From Eledone cirrhosa (lineage: Eukaryota), in the NCBI GenBank assembly GCA_964016885.1, contig OZ024749.1, forward strand, positions 48,112,001 through 48,176,000: a stretch of DNA of 64,000 bases. The letters run 5' to 3'. Made by a program: the position numbers and the translations under genes. The notes beneath the pieces are model-generated. The model saw nothing but the letters and a program-made list of their open reading frames with translations. It did no database searches and was not told where the DNA came from. Shown here in pieces: positions 62,169-64,000 of the stretch; positions within the stretch are counted from its first letter, which is position 1, and every line of letters begins with the position of its first letter.

Positions 62169-62901
62169 TTATTACCATTACTATTGCTATCATCATGATC
62201 ATCGTGATCATCAGCATAGTTTGAAAGCTAATTATTTTTCATTTTAGTTGTACTTCCTATATTTTTCTTCTGATTGCGGAATGAAATGCGTAACAACAAA
62301 ATTAAATATGACCATTTGACCTTTCAAATATTTACCAATAATATTGAGTTTGCTTTTGTAGTATGGGTCTTATTGAATGATATTGCAGCTGCTATTAAAT
62401 CAATAGATATTTGATTTAACAATTTGTTTGGAGAATGTAAAAATACAGAGGAAACAAAAGATTTGTAGAAGTAAACTTGTTTTAATTTCACATTCACTGC
62501 TAACACTATATCACATCAAAAGATGGTTAATATACATTTGGAAGACAGCTACAGTAAAAATAATAATAATTTATCGATCATTTTTTTCATGTGCTGTAAA
62601 CAAACGCGATTAGAATTGTTATGGATCACGTGACACGATAATTAGCCTTACAGGTTAATGAGTGCTTTCATCATTTCCACATTAAAAATGACAGACATGG
62701 TGTGCATTAGTTTTATTTGTTTCACATTATGTTAAACAAGAACAATGCCATTTCAGAAAAAAATCAATCATATCATATACACACTCTCACGCATAAAAAC
62801 ATTTCAATTAATTCTATATTTATCAAACACTACAGTTATTTGACTTCTATTTAAAATCACTATAACTTTATTGTCAATCATATACGTATGTACACATATC
62901 A

Positions 62902-62982
<81 letters not shown>

Positions 62983-63144
62983 ACTCTTTCTATCTCTCTC
63001 TCTCTCTCTCTCTCTCACACTCTTTCTATCTATCTCTCACTGTCTCTCTTTCTATGTCTCTCTCTCCCTCGGACTCTCTTTCTGTCTTTCTCTCTCTCTA
63101 TCTCTCTCTCTGTCTGTCTCTCTCTCTCTATACATATATATGTA

Positions 63145-63205
<61 letters not shown>

Positions 63206-63237
63206 GGAGAGAGAGAGAGATAGATAGATAGATAGAT

Positions 63238-63352
<115 letters not shown>

Positions 63353-64000
63353 ATGAGAAAGACAGGGAGAGATATTGAGATGGAGAAGTGAAAGATAGAA
63401 AGAGAGATATAAGGATATAAAGTGAGATACATTGAAATAGATAGGGTGATAGTGATTGAAACTCAGTAATGTGAATTATAATGGAGAATGGTACTGAGCA
63501 AAATACCATGATAATGCAGGGGTGACTGGGCGTCAACATTTGTTGAGGTTAGGAGACAGGTTCAATGCAATGTAATAATGAACAATTATATATGTGAACT
63601 ACAGAACTGATATTATTCCTGAGTTAAATAAATTATTTGAGCGTACAATTTTAACTGGGGGGATGGGTCCGTTTGATTCACGTCACCTGTTAAATCTGAC
63701 AGTGTATATCATTGGGAATATAGGCCATCTTTATATTGATTCACCAATAACATCTATAAATACATAGTCTATACATTTAGACATTGTGCAGTGTTTTTTA
63801 CAAAACATAAATGTGATATATGTGTAAAAACTGTTGCATAAAATAACTACTTCATGAAGAATTTGTAATAGGGACATATATATTGTTTGGCATTTTATCA
63901 CACGACTTGTGATAAACTTATCACATGGAGACAAAATGTTTTGTAATTCCTTTGGAAAATTTACCGTTCCTACTTTCTGCTATATATTCTGTTATATTAA

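Noticed and set aside
62336-62391. Possible splice-site-A exon ending TTG|gtaaat
   Set aside because: Lengths of 56 or 53 nt are not frame-preserving and the pyrimidine tract is poor
63518-63689. Possible MITE with caggggtgac / gtcacctg ends
   Set aside because: TIRs are imperfect, there is no target duplication and only one copy is visible

Overview
AT-rich, microsatellite-dense animal DNA. The (TA)n load and tRNA-derived SINE families point to a cephalopod, probably Octopus (inference). The window appears to lie inside one minus-strand neuroligin gene. Two clear phase-1 coding exons (50606-50755 and 27000-27185) are separated by a 23.4-kb intron. A candidate 42-nt in-frame cassette exon (1765-1806) falls at the position of vertebrate neuroligin-1 splice site B. 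The introns hold RTE LINE fragments, many SINEs, a Penelope-type GIY-YIG remnant, and several short repeat families inserted in (TA)n tracts. These short repeats carry minimal type I hammerhead ribozyme (HHR) motifs and often form long fold-back palindromes. The poly-YI/LS/HT ORFs in the track are microsatellite artefacts. All calls were made by eye, with no database searches or folding software.
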